Below, in pieces: positions 10,202-20,529 of a stretch of DNA of 48,120 nt. The position numbers and the translations under genes were made by a program. This DNA comes from Candidatus Zixiibacteriota bacterium. GTDB lineage: Bacteria; Zixibacteria; MSB-5A5; CAIYYT01. The stretch lies in the NCBI GenBank assembly GCA_040235515.1, contig JBECKX010000143.1, positions 1 through 48,120 of the forward strand. The letters run 5' to 3'. Every line of letters begins with the position of its first letter. The first letter of the stretch is position 1. A model generated the notes under the pieces. That model did not search any database. It had not been told where the DNA came from and was given only the letters and a program-made list of their open reading frames with translations.

Positions 10202-11047
10202 TTACGGGCGCTGCCAATGAAACAGATTGTTTGGCCCATCAATGTTGGAAATCTCGTGGCGCGCCTCGTCGACCCACTCCGGCCTATTGGCGTAGGCACT
10301 ATCCTCCCAATTCTCGAGAAATGCCAAATAGTCATTACCGGGGTAGTTTTCGAAGAGCCATTCCAGGTCACCTGACCAACACTCATCATAAGTTCCGCGA
10401 AAGATCGCTGTATCCCCGATCACGTTGAAGTAGGCATACCTGAAACTTGTCGCCAGGCACAAGATATGCCGAAAATAGTACTTCACGGTATCTCCAGCAA
10501 CTTTGCGAGCGAGCCCGTCAAACCAAGCCCGCCCGACTTCAGCGGTCTGCACGTACTGGACGCCGGGGAAACCTACGAAGTATTGGGCTACTCTTACCGG
10601 ATGTAAGTTCTCATCAGATTCCGTGTACAGCAGTCGTGGATAGAAAGAATAGGCGCGGTCCATAACGCGAATCTTCAGCTGACTTGTGATATCATTCCAC
10701 TCGGAATTCGATCCTGCGATTACTTGAATATATAGAGCGGTATCGACTCGAATGTCTACTTCACTTGCGATCCAAGCAGTCTCGAAATCCTGCATAGCAG
10801 TCGGAATCGAGTCACCCCATGTATCACGGATCAGCACTAATTCATCGTTGATTTGTTTGGTGAGCCACTCTGAGGGTCGCAAAGTGCCCTGGATCACAAG
10901 AGCCATCTGCTCGGCTTCGTTTCGGTAGCGGAGTGATTCGGGTTGCTCAGGTGGTTGTATGATCTTGGCGTCGCCGCAGGAGAGGAGGAGGACAAACGTT
11001 GTTACAGCAACAGTTACAGCCAGCAGGATCTTGTGGAGTCGTTTCAT
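10202..11047 (-). CDS. Hypothetical lipoprotein (paralog 1)
   Basis: Lipobox LLSC; shares NEAEQMALV.QGTLRPSEWLTKQINDELVLIRDTWGDSIP with its neighbour. Confidence 0.85.
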   Translation of the reverse strand: MKRLHKILLAVTVAVTTFVLLLSCGDAKIIQPPEQPESLRYRNEAEQMALVIQGTLRPSEWLTKQINDELVLIRDTWGDSIPTAMQDFETAWIASEVDIRVDTALYIQVIAGSNSEWNDITSQLKIRVMDRAYSFYPRLLYTESDENLHPVRVAQYFVGFPGVQYVQTAEVGRAWFDGLARKVAGDTVKYYFRHILCLATSFRYAYFNVIGDTAIFRGTYDECWSGDLEWLFENYPGNDYLAFLENWEDSAYANRPEWVDEARHEISNIDGPNNLFHWQRP

Positions 11048-11053
11048 GTTAGA

Positions 11054-11899
11054 TTACTCCCTTTGCCAGTTGAATTGCTTGTAATGAAGTACGTTGCCAA
11101 TCTCCGTGCGGGCTTCATCAACCCAATAGGGGCGGTTGGCCTCCGCGCTATCGACCCAGGCATCAAATAGCTCAATTGCTTCTCGAAACGGCAGGTCGGG
11201 CCAATTGTCGGGCCCCCAACACTCTGCGAAACGATCGCGGAGGTTCGCGGAATCGCCGGCAATCTCTATGTAGAAGTACTCATCATACAGATCGGGACAC
11301 AACGACGTGCTGAAGTAGTACCTTATCGTGTCTCCAACGACTTTGCGCGCATATGCGTGAAAGACAGGGAACCAGATTCCGCGCGTTTGGACATAGATAA
11401 TGCCTGGAAATCCAGCAAAATACTCAGCCATTCGAACCGGATGCAGATTTTGGTCCGAGACAAGTATTAGCGAGCGGGGTGAAAATGTATAGTGGGGATC
11501 ACGAATGTAGACACTGGTTTCCTCTAACAGCTGATTGAATTCAGCGTTAGCTCCGTTTGTTATCTCGATATACAACGAAGTGTCGACTTTAATGCCGGCC
11601 AGACTCACAATCCAGGGTGGTTGGAACGCTTCATTCACAGCCGGAATCGAATCACCCCATGTGTCGCGAATAAGCACCAACTCGTCGTTGATCTGCTTGG
11701 TGAGCCATTCGGATGGCCGAAGGGTGCCCTGAACAACAAGAGCCATCTGCTCGGCTTCATTCTGGTAACGAAGGGTTCGCGACTCATTGGTTGGGTTGGT
11801 CGCGGATGAGTCGCCGCAGGAGAGGAAGAAGCTTGCTGCAGCTGCAAGGAGCGGTAAAGTCCTGAAAAGGTGCTTGAGTAGGGAGTTCGGTCGGGTCAT
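11054..11899 (-). CDS. Hypothetical lipoprotein (paralog 2)
   Basis: Lipobox FLSC; 281 aa, paralog of 10202-11047. Confidence 0.85.
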   Translation of the reverse strand: MTRPNSLLKHLFRTLPLLAAAASFFLSCGDSSATNPTNESRTLRYQNEAEQMALVVQGTLRPSEWLTKQINDELVLIRDTWGDSIPAVNEAFQPPWIVSLAGIKVDTSLYIEITNGANAEFNQLLEETSVYIRDPHYTFSPRSLILVSDQNLHPVRMAEYFAGFPGIIYVQTRGIWFPVFHAYARKVVGDTIRYYFSTSLCPDLYDEYFYIEIAGDSANLRDRFAECWGPDNWPDLPFREAIELFDAWVDSAEANRPYWVDEARTEIGNVLHYKQFNWQRE

Positions 11900-11971
11900 T
11901 GATCCCCCGATGTAATGAGGTTTTCCTTTTCTATGTTCAATATAGTGCCGATTGTCGGTTGGTCAATGGGA

Positions 11972-12175
11972 AACACACCCCGGCTTGCGGTCGCTGAAGC
12001 GACCTCAGCCTGCCCCTCTCAAGAGGGGCGAGCGTTTGTTGGGCTGGCTCCATTTGGGCTGCCGAGAGAGTGGCACAGGTTGAGATGGGTGCGTGTTAAG
12101 ATGCTCTTGTGAGGCGGGATCAATGAGGATCGCTGTAAGTAAGACCAAGCCGTGCACGAGGACGTACACGACACA
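11972..12175. repeat. ~200-bp direct repeat, right copy
   Basis: Near-identical to 9981-10191. Confidence 0.93.
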
Positions 12176-12419
12176 CGGGAAGGGAGACGCCGTGCACGGG
12201 GACGTACACGACGCACTGGAAGGAAGACGCCGCGCACGAGGACGTACACGACGCACGGGAAGGGAGACGCCGTGCACGAGGACGTACACGACGCGCGGGA
12301 AGGAAGACGCCGCGCACGGGGACGTACACGACGCAAGGGAAGGGAGACGCCGCGCACGGGGAGGTACGCGACGCACTGGAAGGAAGACGTCGTGCACGAG
12401 GACGTACACGACGCACGGA
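12149..12419. repeat. Tandem array of a 40-bp REP-like unit (~6.75 copies)
   Basis: Unit GCCGTGCACGAGGACGTACACGACGCACGGGAAGGGAGAC starting at 12149, 12189, 12229, 12269, 12309, 12349 and 12389; each holds an imperfect hairpin. Confidence 0.95.
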
Positions 12420-12494
12420 CCGAAACCTGGGTTTTCCCGAGCGTGAGCGGCGTACGTCCTCGTGCGCCGCGGGTTGAACGACGCGGTCACACCC

Positions 12495-12519
12495 GGGCGC
12501 AGCATGCTGCGCCCCTACG
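12495..12519 (-). repeat. GTAG-type REP palindrome
   Basis: Minus strand reads GTAGGGGCGCAGCATGCTGCGCCC. Confidence 0.75.
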
Positions 12520-12663
12520 GATTGGCCTCTACGCCGTGATTGCCCCCAGGAACATATCCAAAATTCTCCTGTTATAGCTTCTGAAGCCGAGATATACTCG
12601 AAATGGCTTCGATTTGCGGCGATTTTTCCCTGAATCGGGGGCGAAAAGCTGGGCGCTTTTCGC

Positions 12664-12692
12664 TTGATTTTCCAAGAGCCGCGGCGTATAAT
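12664..12692 (+). promoter_or_regulatory. Sigma70-type promoter of rpmE
   Basis: TTGATT-17-TATAAT. Confidence 0.7.
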
Positions 12693-12735
12693 AAACGACT
12701 AAGTTGTGAGCGAAAACAGGAGTGATCTGAAAGAT

Positions 12736-13008
12736 ATGAAGACAGACATTCATCCCAAATACGAAACAGTTACTATCAAATGCGCCTGCGGCAACGAGTT
12801 TGAGACTCGTTCGACGCTCAAGGGCCCGATCTCGGTAGAAATCTGTTCGGAATGCCATCCGTTTTACACCGGCAAGCAGAAACTGGTTGATACCGCCGGT
12901 CGTGTGGATCGCTTCCGCCGCAAATACGCCAATGTTGGTGTCAATAAGGGCGCCAAGGCGAAGCAGGCCGAAACGCCTGAGTCTGCCGACGAAAAGACCG
13001 AAAAGTAG
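12736..13008 (+). CDS. rpmE: 50S ribosomal protein L31 (Zn-binding type)
   Basis: [29 protein letters not shown]. Confidence 0.97.
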   Translation: MKTDIHPKYETVTIKCACGNEFETRSTLKGPISVEICSECHPFYTGKQKLVDTAGRVDRFRRKYANVGVNKGAKAKQAETPESADEKTEK

Positions 13009-13028
13009 CTAAATCGTCACGAAATACC

Positions 13029-13060
13029 AGGCAGGAGTGGTACATCTACTCCTGCCTTTT
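13029..13060 (+). terminator. Intrinsic terminator after rpmE
   Basis: AGGCAGGAGT/ACTCCTGCCT stem followed by Ts. Confidence 0.8.
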
Positions 13061-13294
13061 GTATACTGGTTAAATAGACTGGTTAAGCCGTTCTTGTTCG
13101 AAGGTGTCAGGTTAGACTTCGAGGCTGCCGTGCGGTATCTTCTCAAGCTCTGACACAACCAGTGAAATACTGGTTTAACCGGTATATTATGAAGGTGACA
13201 GGTCATCCCCCGATTCAGCTGACAGCAGCTTCGTGAGACCTGCCACGAAACCAATTTCATACTCAATTCGCGTTCGAGCACAACGAGGTAGACA

Positions 13295-14245
13295 ATGGCT
13301 GAGTTTCAAGTTGGCGGACAAGCCGTAATTGAGGGCGTGATGATTCGCTCCGAGACGCATATCGCAACAGCGGTGCGGCGGGCGGACAAGTCGATCCTCG
13401 TGAAGACATATCCCTATACCCCCCTTTCAAAGAAGATCAAGCTTTTTGCGCTCCCGATCATCCGTGGTTTTATCGCCATGTTTGAGATGCTGAAGATCGG
13501 TATCGGCTCGCTTAATTTCTCGGCTGAGATGATGGCGCAGGATATCGATATCGCCGAAGGCAAGGACCCGGTGGAGGCGAAGAAGCAAAGCGGTTTGATG
13601 ATTTTCTTCAGCATCCTGTTCGCTGTCGGCGTTGGTGTGTTATTCTTTTTCTTCCTGCCGCTCTGGATCGCATCGTTGCTGGGATTCGGGAAGGATGCGC
13701 TGGTGTTCAACCTGATCGCCGGGGGTGTGCGGGTTTTGCTGTTTGTCGGGTATGTTTTTTTCCTGTCGATGATGAAGGATTTCCGCCGCATCTTCCAGTA
13801 CCACGGCGCGGAGCATAAGTCGATCTGGGCGTGGGAGCAGAAGGAAGAGATCACGGCGGAGAACGCGAAGAAGTACACGACGCTGCATCCACGTTGCGGG
13901 ACTTCCTTCATTCTGATCGTAGCGCTTTTTGCGATCCTGATGTTCGCGATCGCGGATACGCTCTTCCAGGTGATTACCGGCAACCCGCCGCAATTGCTGG
14001 TGCGTTTTGGTGTGCATATTCTCCTGCTGCCGCTGGTGGCGGGAACTTCTTATGAGTTGCTGAAGATCTCGGGCAAGACGCGCGATAACAAGCTGACCAA
14101 GGTGTTAATCAAGCCGGGGCTGTGGCTACAGTTGATCACTACCAAGGAGCCGAGTATCGACCAGCTTGAAGTAGCCGTGGTCGCGGTGCGGGCTTCGCTC
14201 GGTTTACCCCAACAGGTGCAGGTGAATGAGCTCGCAGATGCTTGA
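13295..14245 (+). CDS. DUF1385 family membrane protein
   Basis: [39 protein letters not shown]. Confidence 0.92.
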   Translation: MAEFQVGGQAVIEGVMIRSETHIATAVRRADKSILVKTYPYTPLSKKIKLFALPIIRGFIAMFEMLKIGIGSLNFSAEMMAQDIDIAEGKDPVEAKKQSGLMIFFSILFAVGVGVLFFFFLPLWIASLLGFGKDALVFNLIAGGVRVLLFVGYVFFLSMMKDFRRIFQYHGAEHKSIWAWEQKEEITAENAKKYTTLHPRCGTSFILIVALFAILMFAIADTLFQVITGNPPQLLVRFGVHILLLPLVAGTSYELLKISGKTRDNKLTKVLIKPGLWLQLITTKEPSIDQLEVAVVAVRASLGLPQQVQVNELADA

Positions 14246-15320
14246 GCTGATCGAGGGCGCCGAGGAAAAGCTCGACAAGCTCTCGCAGCAACTTTCTGAT
14301 CCCAAGACAATTTCCGACCAGCGCCGGTTCCGTGACCTGTCGCGCGAGCACAAGGATTTGACCGAGATCGTTGAGGTCGGTAAACGTTATCGCAACCTCA
14401 GTCAATCGATCGAAGAAGCTGAAAAGATTATCCGTGCCGGCGAGGATGATGATCTGGTTGAGCTGGCCGAAGCGGAACTTGAAGAAGCGAGCGGAAAATT
14501 CGAGGAGGTGGAGCGCCAGCTGAAGCTGTTGCTCTCCCCGCGTGACCCAAATGATGCCAAGGATGCGATTCTTGAGATACGGGCAGGCACCGGCGGCGAT
14601 GAGGCGGCTTTGTTTGCAGCGGACTTGTTCCGGATGTATCAGCGCTTTGCCGACATCAAGGGATTCAAGATCGATGTGCTGGGTTCGAATCCGACCGGCG
14701 TGGGTGGATTCAAGGAAATTTTCATGTCGGTCTCGGGGGAGAATGTCTACTCGTTGCTGAAGTTCGAATCGGGTGTACACCGGGTGCAACGCGTGCCGGA
14801 GACGGAGGCTTCCGGGAGAATTCATACCTCGGCTGCTTCGGTAGCGGTATTGCCGGAGGCGGATGAGGTAGATATCGAGATCAATCCAAACGACTTGCGG
14901 ATAGATGTCTACCGCTCATCGGGACCGGGTGGGCAGTCGGTGAATACGACCGATTCGGCGGTCCGGATTACGCATCTCCCGACAGGCACGGTGGTAAGCT
15001 GCCAGGATGAGAAATCGCAGCACAAGAACAAGGCGAAGGCGATGAAGGTGTTGCGTGCCCGACTGCTCGACAAGGCTCAGATGGAGCAGGAACAGAAACT
15101 GGCGGATACGCGCCGTTCGATGGTTGGCTCGGGTGACCGCTCGGCGAAGATTCGGACATATAATTTTCCGCAGAGTCGAGTGACCGACCATCGCATCAAT
15201 CTGACGCTTCACAAACTCAATGATATTCTGGCCGGTGATCTCGATGAACTGATCGGTGCGTTGCAGGAGCGGGACCAGGAGGAGCGTCTCAAGAAAGCCG
15301 GGGAATTTGTTGAAGCGTGA
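14238..15320 (+). CDS. prfA: Peptide chain release factor 1
   Basis: [21 protein letters not shown] (PxT), GGQSVN, RTYNFPQ. Confidence 0.97.
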   Translation: MLELIEGAEEKLDKLSQQLSDPKTISDQRRFRDLSREHKDLTEIVEVGKRYRNLSQSIEEAEKIIRAGEDDDLVELAEAELEEASGKFEEVERQLKLLLSPRDPNDAKDAILEIRAGTGGDEAALFAADLFRMYQRFADIKGFKIDVLGSNPTGVGGFKEIFMSVSGENVYSLLKFESGVHRVQRVPETEASGRIHTSAASVAVLPEADEVDIEINPNDLRIDVYRSSGPGGQSVNTTDSAVRITHLPTGTVVSCQDEKSQHKNKAKAMKVLRARLLDKAQMEQEQKLADTRRSMVGSGDRSAKIRTYNFPQSRVTDHRINLTLHKLNDILAGDLDELIGALQERDQEERLKKAGEFVEA

Positions 15321-15387
15321 GAGGAGACGTGGGTCGGGGAGATCCACGCCGCAACCTGCCAGCAGTTATAAGTGACGGTAACATCGG

Positions 15388-16257
15388 GTGAATCAGCTTC
15401 GTGCCTTCTCAGCGTTTCTATTGACGCTTGCCCTTTTTGCACTCGCCCCCAAGTTCGGATCATCGACTAAGTCAGACAATTATTACGACGCCAAGGGTCC
15501 CGGATTGTCGATTGACCACATGGCGCCCAACCTCTACCGCGGGACCGGAAATCCCAAGATCGAGCTGTGGATGGTGGCGGGGTACGACTCATCCGAGTTT
15601 GTTCCGATCCTTTACTACAAGCAGCCATTGCTGGTTCAGTTTGACACGACGATGCTGCGGGCTGAGGCAGGCCGCGTGGATCAATACTCGGCCGTGCTGC
15701 CCAGGCTGCCCCAGGGTGATTCTTACTACTACTATTTCCAGGTACTCTCCACAGATGGTGATACGCTGGTGCGCCTGCCGGCGGACCAGTCGGAGCATAT
15801 AACCCTCATGTTCGAAGGGGAGCCGGACCTGCTGGTGTGGTCGCTGCACATTGCGTTGATGTTCCTGGGAGCGATGTACGCATTCTCGGCGCTCTTCAAC
15901 GCATTCGCCAGCGGCAGCAGCGACAGGCACTTAAAGAAGCTATCGCGCAAAGTATTGGTTTCAGGTTTGTTGATGGCGGTGGGGAGTTTGTTTGCCGGTT
16001 CGCTGGTCTCGCTGAGTCGTTTCGGTTACCTGTGGGGCGGTTGGCCATTCGGAGGGAACGAGAGTCAAACGCTGATGGAGGTGTTGATTCTCTACTGGCT
16101 GGGGCTGACGGTGTTGTTCAGGGGAACGATTTTCCGATTCCGACCGGAGAAGAACCTGGTTTCCCCGCGTGTCGCGTTAATCTTGACTCTGCTCGGCGTC
16201 TTGTTTATGATTGGCGTATATCTGGCAGGTGATCATTTCGTCGAGATTCCTCTGTAA
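15388..16257 (+). CDS. Hypothetical membrane protein (soluble beta domain + ~4 TM)
   Basis: N-terminal hydrophobic segment, soluble domain, C-terminal TM helices. Confidence 0.75.
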   Translation: MNQLRAFSAFLLTLALFALAPKFGSSTKSDNYYDAKGPGLSIDHMAPNLYRGTGNPKIELWMVAGYDSSEFVPILYYKQPLLVQFDTTMLRAEAGRVDQYSAVLPRLPQGDSYYYYFQVLSTDGDTLVRLPADQSEHITLMFEGEPDLLVWSLHIALMFLGAMYAFSALFNAFASGSSDRHLKKLSRKVLVSGLLMAVGSLFAGSLVSLSRFGYLWGGWPFGGNESQTLMEVLILYWLGLTVLFRGTIFRFRPEKNLVSPRVALILTLLGVLFMIGVYLAGDHFVEIPL

Positions 16258-16268
16258 GGGAGCGTTTT

Positions 16269-17714
16269 GTGATAGATAAAATCGAGAAACATTCGGAGAG
16301 TATTCTTACCTACCTGGCCGGCAAGTGCGAGTATGCCGATTTGCGTGCTGAAGAGATCAGCAGCGAGCGGTTGTCGACATCGTCGCGGACCACGAATCCG
16401 CCCGAGAAGTCGGACTCGACCGGTATTGCGATCAGGGTATTGCGCAACGGCTCCTGGGGTTTCGCAGCGACTTCACAGGTAAGTGAAAAGAACCTGAAAC
16501 GGATGGCCGATCTGGCGCTGGAGATCGCTGCGGCATCAGCCAGCGTGAACTCAGAAAAGCTGGAGTTGTCGGAGTTGCCCGCCGTGACCGACGAATACTC
16601 GACGCCGTTCGAGCAGGACCCATTCGCGCTGAGTTTGTCGGAGAAAAACGACCTGTTGCTCGGCTGGGAGGATTTGATCTACAAGACTGAGGGGATTAGC
16701 TCGAGTTCGACGTTCCTCGATTTCAGAAGAATTCAGAAATATTTTCAGGCGACCAACGGCAGCAAGTTGCGGCAGACGTTGATGCAGTGTGGCGCGGGAG
16801 TCAGCTGCGGTATGGTGATGGGGCACCGCGAGCGGTACGAGCGATCATTTCCGACAGCTTCGGGACAGTTTGTTACCGGAGGGTTCGAGCAGATTGCGAC
16901 GTTCAAGATTGAGGAGAATATCGAGCGGATTGCGAGTGAGGCACTGGCTCTCAAGGATGCGCAGGAGTGTCCTTCGGGTGAGATGACGGTTATCCTTTCG
17001 CCGGACCTGGCATCGTTGCAGATTCATGAGTCGATCGGGCATCCGCTGGAGTTAGACCGTGTCTTCGGTTCGGAGCGGAATTTCTCAGGGACAAGTTTTG
17101 CGACCCCCGACAAGCTGGGTAAGCTGCAGTATGGTTCGGAGATAATCAACCTCTTCAGCGATCCTGCGTTCCCCGGTGGACTGGCTACCTACGGTTATGA
17201 TGATGAGGGTGTCAAGGCGGATCGCGTGCCGTTGCTGCAGAAGGGTGTGTTGGTCGGCTACTTGAGTTCGCGCGAGACGGCGCAGCGGGTGGGGATGGCG
17301 TCCTCTGCGGCGGCGCGGGCTGATGGCTGGGGAAACGTGCCGCTGGTACGGATGACGAACCTGATCCTGGAGCCGGGAGAGCAAAAGTTTGCGGATATGC
17401 TCTCGGAGGTTGATGAAGGGATATATATCGAGGGGACCTCGACCTGGTCGATCGATGACAACCGCGAGGATTTCAACCTGGGCGGTGAAGTGGGCTGGGA
17501 GATCAAGGGTGGCAAGCTGGGTGCGATGATCAAGTCGCCTACATATTCGGGGAGTACCGTGGATTTTTGGAATAAGTGTGATTCGGTGGGGCATAGAGAT
17601 GAATGGGTGTTGTGGGGGACACCGAACTGCGGCAAGGGTGAGCCGGGACAGAATGCTCGCACCGCGCAGGGAGCCGCGTATTTGCGGTTCCGGAATGTGA
17701 AGGTGGGCGCATGA
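16269..17714 (+). CDS. tldD: TldD metalloprotease
   Basis: HESIGH (HExxxH), YDDEGV, RMTNL, CGKG. Confidence 0.93.
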   Translation: MIDKIEKHSESILTYLAGKCEYADLRAEEISSERLSTSSRTTNPPEKSDSTGIAIRVLRNGSWGFAATSQVSEKNLKRMADLALEIAAASASVNSEKLELSELPAVTDEYSTPFEQDPFALSLSEKNDLLLGWEDLIYKTEGISSSSTFLDFRRIQKYFQATNGSKLRQTLMQCGAGVSCGMVMGHRERYERSFPTASGQFVTGGFEQIATFKIEENIERIASEALALKDAQECPSGEMTVILSPDLASLQIHESIGHPLELDRVFGSERNFSGTSFATPDKLGKLQYGSEIINLFSDPAFPGGLATYGYDDEGVKADRVPLLQKGVLVGYLSSRETAQRVGMASSAAARADGWGNVPLVRMTNLILEPGEQKFADMLSEVDEGIYIEGTSTWSIDDNREDFNLGGEVGWEIKGGKLGAMIKSPTYSGSTVDFWNKCDSVGHRDEWVLWGTPNCGKGEPGQNARTAQGAAYLRFRNVKVGA

Positions 17715-19048
17715 TCTCGAGAGAAGATACCAGGAGATTGCTGCAGGCGGGGTTGGATGCCTCGAAGGCAGATCAGACCGAAGTAGTATTGATCGGAGAA
17801 GACTTGAGCCTGACGCGATTTGCCGAGTCGCAGATCCATCAGAACCTGTATCGCTCCGATACGATGATTCACGTACGGGCGATCAAGGAGAAGCGGATAG
17901 GGATTGCATCCACCGGCAGGTTGAATACGGAAGCTGTGGCTGCAGCCGCCCGGGAGGCGCTGGCGATTGCCGAGCTGGTTCCTGCGGATGAGGATTTTGC
18001 ATCGCTGCCGGGCAAGGCGGATTTCAGGGAACTGAAGACCTTTTATCAGAGCACGGCGGAGTTCTCACCCACGCAACGGGCAGAGGTAGTGGGCAAGCTG
18101 GTGAAGGCGTGCGCCGAGCACAAGTTGAAGACAGCGGGAGCCTACCGCAACTATGTCGAGACTGTCGGAGTGATGAACTCGCTCGGAGTCGACAGTTTCA
18201 ATCAGTCGACGCGGGCCGAATTGTCGGCAACGGTCGTCGGTGATAGCGGCAATTCCGGCTGGGGGATCGCCTACAGCCGCGATACGAATGCTATTGATGT
18301 CGGTGAGCTTACGGAAGTCGCGATCGACAAGGCATTGCGATCCGTCAATCCGGTGAAGCTTGAATCGGGGCAGTACACGGTAATTCTTGAGCCGGCAGCA
18401 GTGGGACAGTTGTTGTTATTCCTGGCGTTCATGGGCTTTGGCGGCAAGACATTCTATCAGCACCGTTCCTTCATGGCTGGGAAGATCGGCGAGCAGATTA
18501 CGGGTGAGAAGATTACGATAGTTGAAGACCCGCTCAATCCGGAGATTGCGGGTACTCCGTTCGACTATGAGGGGGTGCCGCGTCAGCAGGTGCCGCTGGT
18601 TGAGAGGGGTGTCGCGAAGGGTGTCGTTTACAACAGCTACTATGCGAATCTTGCGGGGGTGAAGTCGACCGGTCATGCGCTGCCGCCGGACAACAGCTAC
18701 GGCCCTTACCCGAAGCATATGACGATGGCGGGCGGTGAGCACACACTCAAGGAGATGGTGGCTGCAACCGAGCGCGGTGTCTATATCACGCATTTCTGGT
18801 ACGTCAATTTCCTCAACCCGATGCAGACGATGGTTACCGGCACGACGCGTGATGGTACGTTTCTGATCGAGAATGGCGAGATTACCAGCGCGGTGGAGAA
18901 CATGAGGATGAGCCAGTCGATTCTGGAGGCATTCAGCAACGCGACAATGCTCTCGAAGCAACGTAAGCTTTATCCGCAGTATTCGGTTGTGATGCTGGTA
19001 CCGGCAATGAAGGTGGACAACTTCAATCTTGAAGCTCTGGAGGGTTAG
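17711..19048 (+). CDS. pmbA: TldE/PmbA family protein
   Basis: TRFAESQIHQ, VILEP.AV, FDYEG, STGHA, TGTTRDG; no HExxxH; coupled to tldD. Confidence 0.88.
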   Translation: MISREDTRRLLQAGLDASKADQTEVVLIGEDLSLTRFAESQIHQNLYRSDTMIHVRAIKEKRIGIASTGRLNTEAVAAAAREALAIAELVPADEDFASLPGKADFRELKTFYQSTAEFSPTQRAEVVGKLVKACAEHKLKTAGAYRNYVETVGVMNSLGVDSFNQSTRAELSATVVGDSGNSGWGIAYSRDTNAIDVGELTEVAIDKALRSVNPVKLESGQYTVILEPAAVGQLLLFLAFMGFGGKTFYQHRSFMAGKIGEQITGEKITIVEDPLNPEIAGTPFDYEGVPRQQVPLVERGVAKGVVYNSYYANLAGVKSTGHALPPDNSYGPYPKHMTMAGGEHTLKEMVAATERGVYITHFWYVNFLNPMQTMVTGTTRDGTFLIENGEITSAVENMRMSQSILEAFSNATMLSKQRKLYPQYSVVMLVPAMKVDNFNLEALEG

Positions 19049-19053
19049 GTTAG

Positions 19054-19263
19054 ATGGAACGTCGTGAATTCCTGCAACATTCGGCCCTGATAGCGGGGGC
19101 GACATTCGTGGGCTTGCCGCTGTTCAAGTTTGATCCTCCTGCTCATGCGGAGCGGCTACCGAGGGGCGTGAGTAGCAACCGCGAGAGGTTGCACGGGTCA
19201 GCCCGTGGGGGGTGCGCGCGCTATGGCACGCCGGCGGAGCTGCCTGCTGTCCTGATCAGGTGA
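19054..19263 (+). CDS. Small Tat-signal peptide (69 aa)
   Basis: MERREFLQ twin-arginine motif, hydrophobic stretch, AHA cleavage site; starts 5 nt after pmbA. Confidence 0.65.
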   Translation: MERREFLQHSALIAGATFVGLPLFKFDPPAHAERLPRGVSSNRERLHGSARGGCARYGTPAELPAVLIR

Positions 19264-19301
19264 TGGCCGGCCAGATCGTAGCGTAAGCTGAACGAGCGGT
19301 T

Positions 19302-20159
19302 ATGTCGATCTCAATTCAAAATGCGATTATAAGGGGGGAAGCACGGCTGAGCGCCGCCGGAATCGAGAATCCGCGGCTGGCGGTAGAGTTGATGCTGCGG
19401 AAGATCCTCGGCATGAACAAGGTTGAGTTGCATCTGCAGGGCGCAGCGGTGCTTGATCGGAATGACCAGGTGCAATTGGAGCAGTTGATAGAGCGCAAGC
19501 TGAAGCGTGTGCCATTGCAGCATATTCTGGGAGAGACCGAGTGGTTCGGTTTGGTGCTGAAGAGTGATCGGCGGGCGCTGGTGCCGCGTCCGGAGACGGA
19601 GATCGTTGTCGAAACGGCGCTGCAGAGGATTGCGGGGATAGAGAAGCCGCGTGTGGCTGACCTCGGCACGGGGAGCGGGTGTATCGCAATTGCGGTTGCC
19701 CGGGAGCGGGGTGACGCGAGAGTGGAGGCTTGTGATCGCTCTCCTGAGGCGCTTGAACTTGCCGCAGAGAATGTGACCCTGATCGGTGTGGAGCGACAGG
19801 TGGAGATCGTTGAAGCTGATCTGCGGGACTTCCTGGCGAAGCGGGGGGAATTCGATTTGATCATCTCGAATCCACCTTACATCAGGGAGTCGGAGTATCC
19901 CGGCTTGATGCCTGAAGTGCGCGATTATGAACCTCAAGAGGCGCTGGTGTCGGGTGCGGATGGGCTTGATGCAATCCGGGAGATTGTTGCGCTTGCACCT
20001 GCAGCGCTTAAGTCAGGGGGGTGGTTGGCGATTGAATTCGGAGTTGATCATGCGGAACCGGTTACTGAACTGCTGGCAGAGAGCGGAAAGTACCGGCAAC
20101 CAGAGATCATCATTGACTACAATCAGCGCGAGCGGGGGGTGATCGCTCAGACGAAGTGA
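19302..20159 (+). CDS. prmC: Release factor glutamine methyltransferase
   Basis: PLQHILG, PRPETE, DLGTGSG, SNPPY, EP..AL..G.DGL. Confidence 0.96.
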   Translation: MSISIQNAIIRGEARLSAAGIENPRLAVELMLRKILGMNKVELHLQGAAVLDRNDQVQLEQLIERKLKRVPLQHILGETEWFGLVLKSDRRALVPRPETEIVVETALQRIAGIEKPRVADLGTGSGCIAIAVARERGDARVEACDRSPEALELAAENVTLIGVERQVEIVEADLRDFLAKRGEFDLIISNPPYIRESEYPGLMPEVRDYEPQEALVSGADGLDAIREIVALAPAALKSGGWLAIEFGVDHAEPVTELLAESGKYRQPEIIIDYNQRERGVIAQTK

Positions 20160-20529
20160 CGGCATTCAGAGAAATGCATTTGACGAATCGCCCGGCTCTG
20201 CGTCTTTAAGGGCAGAGCACCTCAGTTATCTTATCAGCCTCATACATACCCCAACCCACCCAAAGGATGAGCCGCGCTGAAGTTCGAAATGGACTAATCT
20301 CAGCACGGGGAGAGTAATGCGCTCGGTATTTATTACCGTGATTTTCCGCCTGCAATTGAGATCAAGCCTGTTTGCTGCCACTGATTCGGCACCGGGGGGC
20401 TGGGGCGATAGATTCCGAGAATAGGGTCCCGGCTCGAAAAATCTTCACCGCCAGCGGGAATAAAGAATCCCGCCAGAATGTAATGAGAGCAAAGACGAGA
20501 GAACTAACCTCAAAAACGAGGAGGAGAAA

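Noticed and set aside
8756..12175. Integron cassette array
   Set aside because: No attC core-site pattern recognised, no integrase, and the genes lie on both strands.
12149..12419. CRISPR array
   Set aside because: Linkers are short and near-identical rather than unique spacers; no cas genes in the window.
12005..12577. Repetitive ORFs on both strands
   Set aside because: Translations of the 40-bp repeat, whose unit is not a multiple of 3.
19261..19281. Selenocysteine readthrough of the Tat peptide TGA
   Set aside because: Adds only WPARS before TAG; no convincing SECIS or redox motif.
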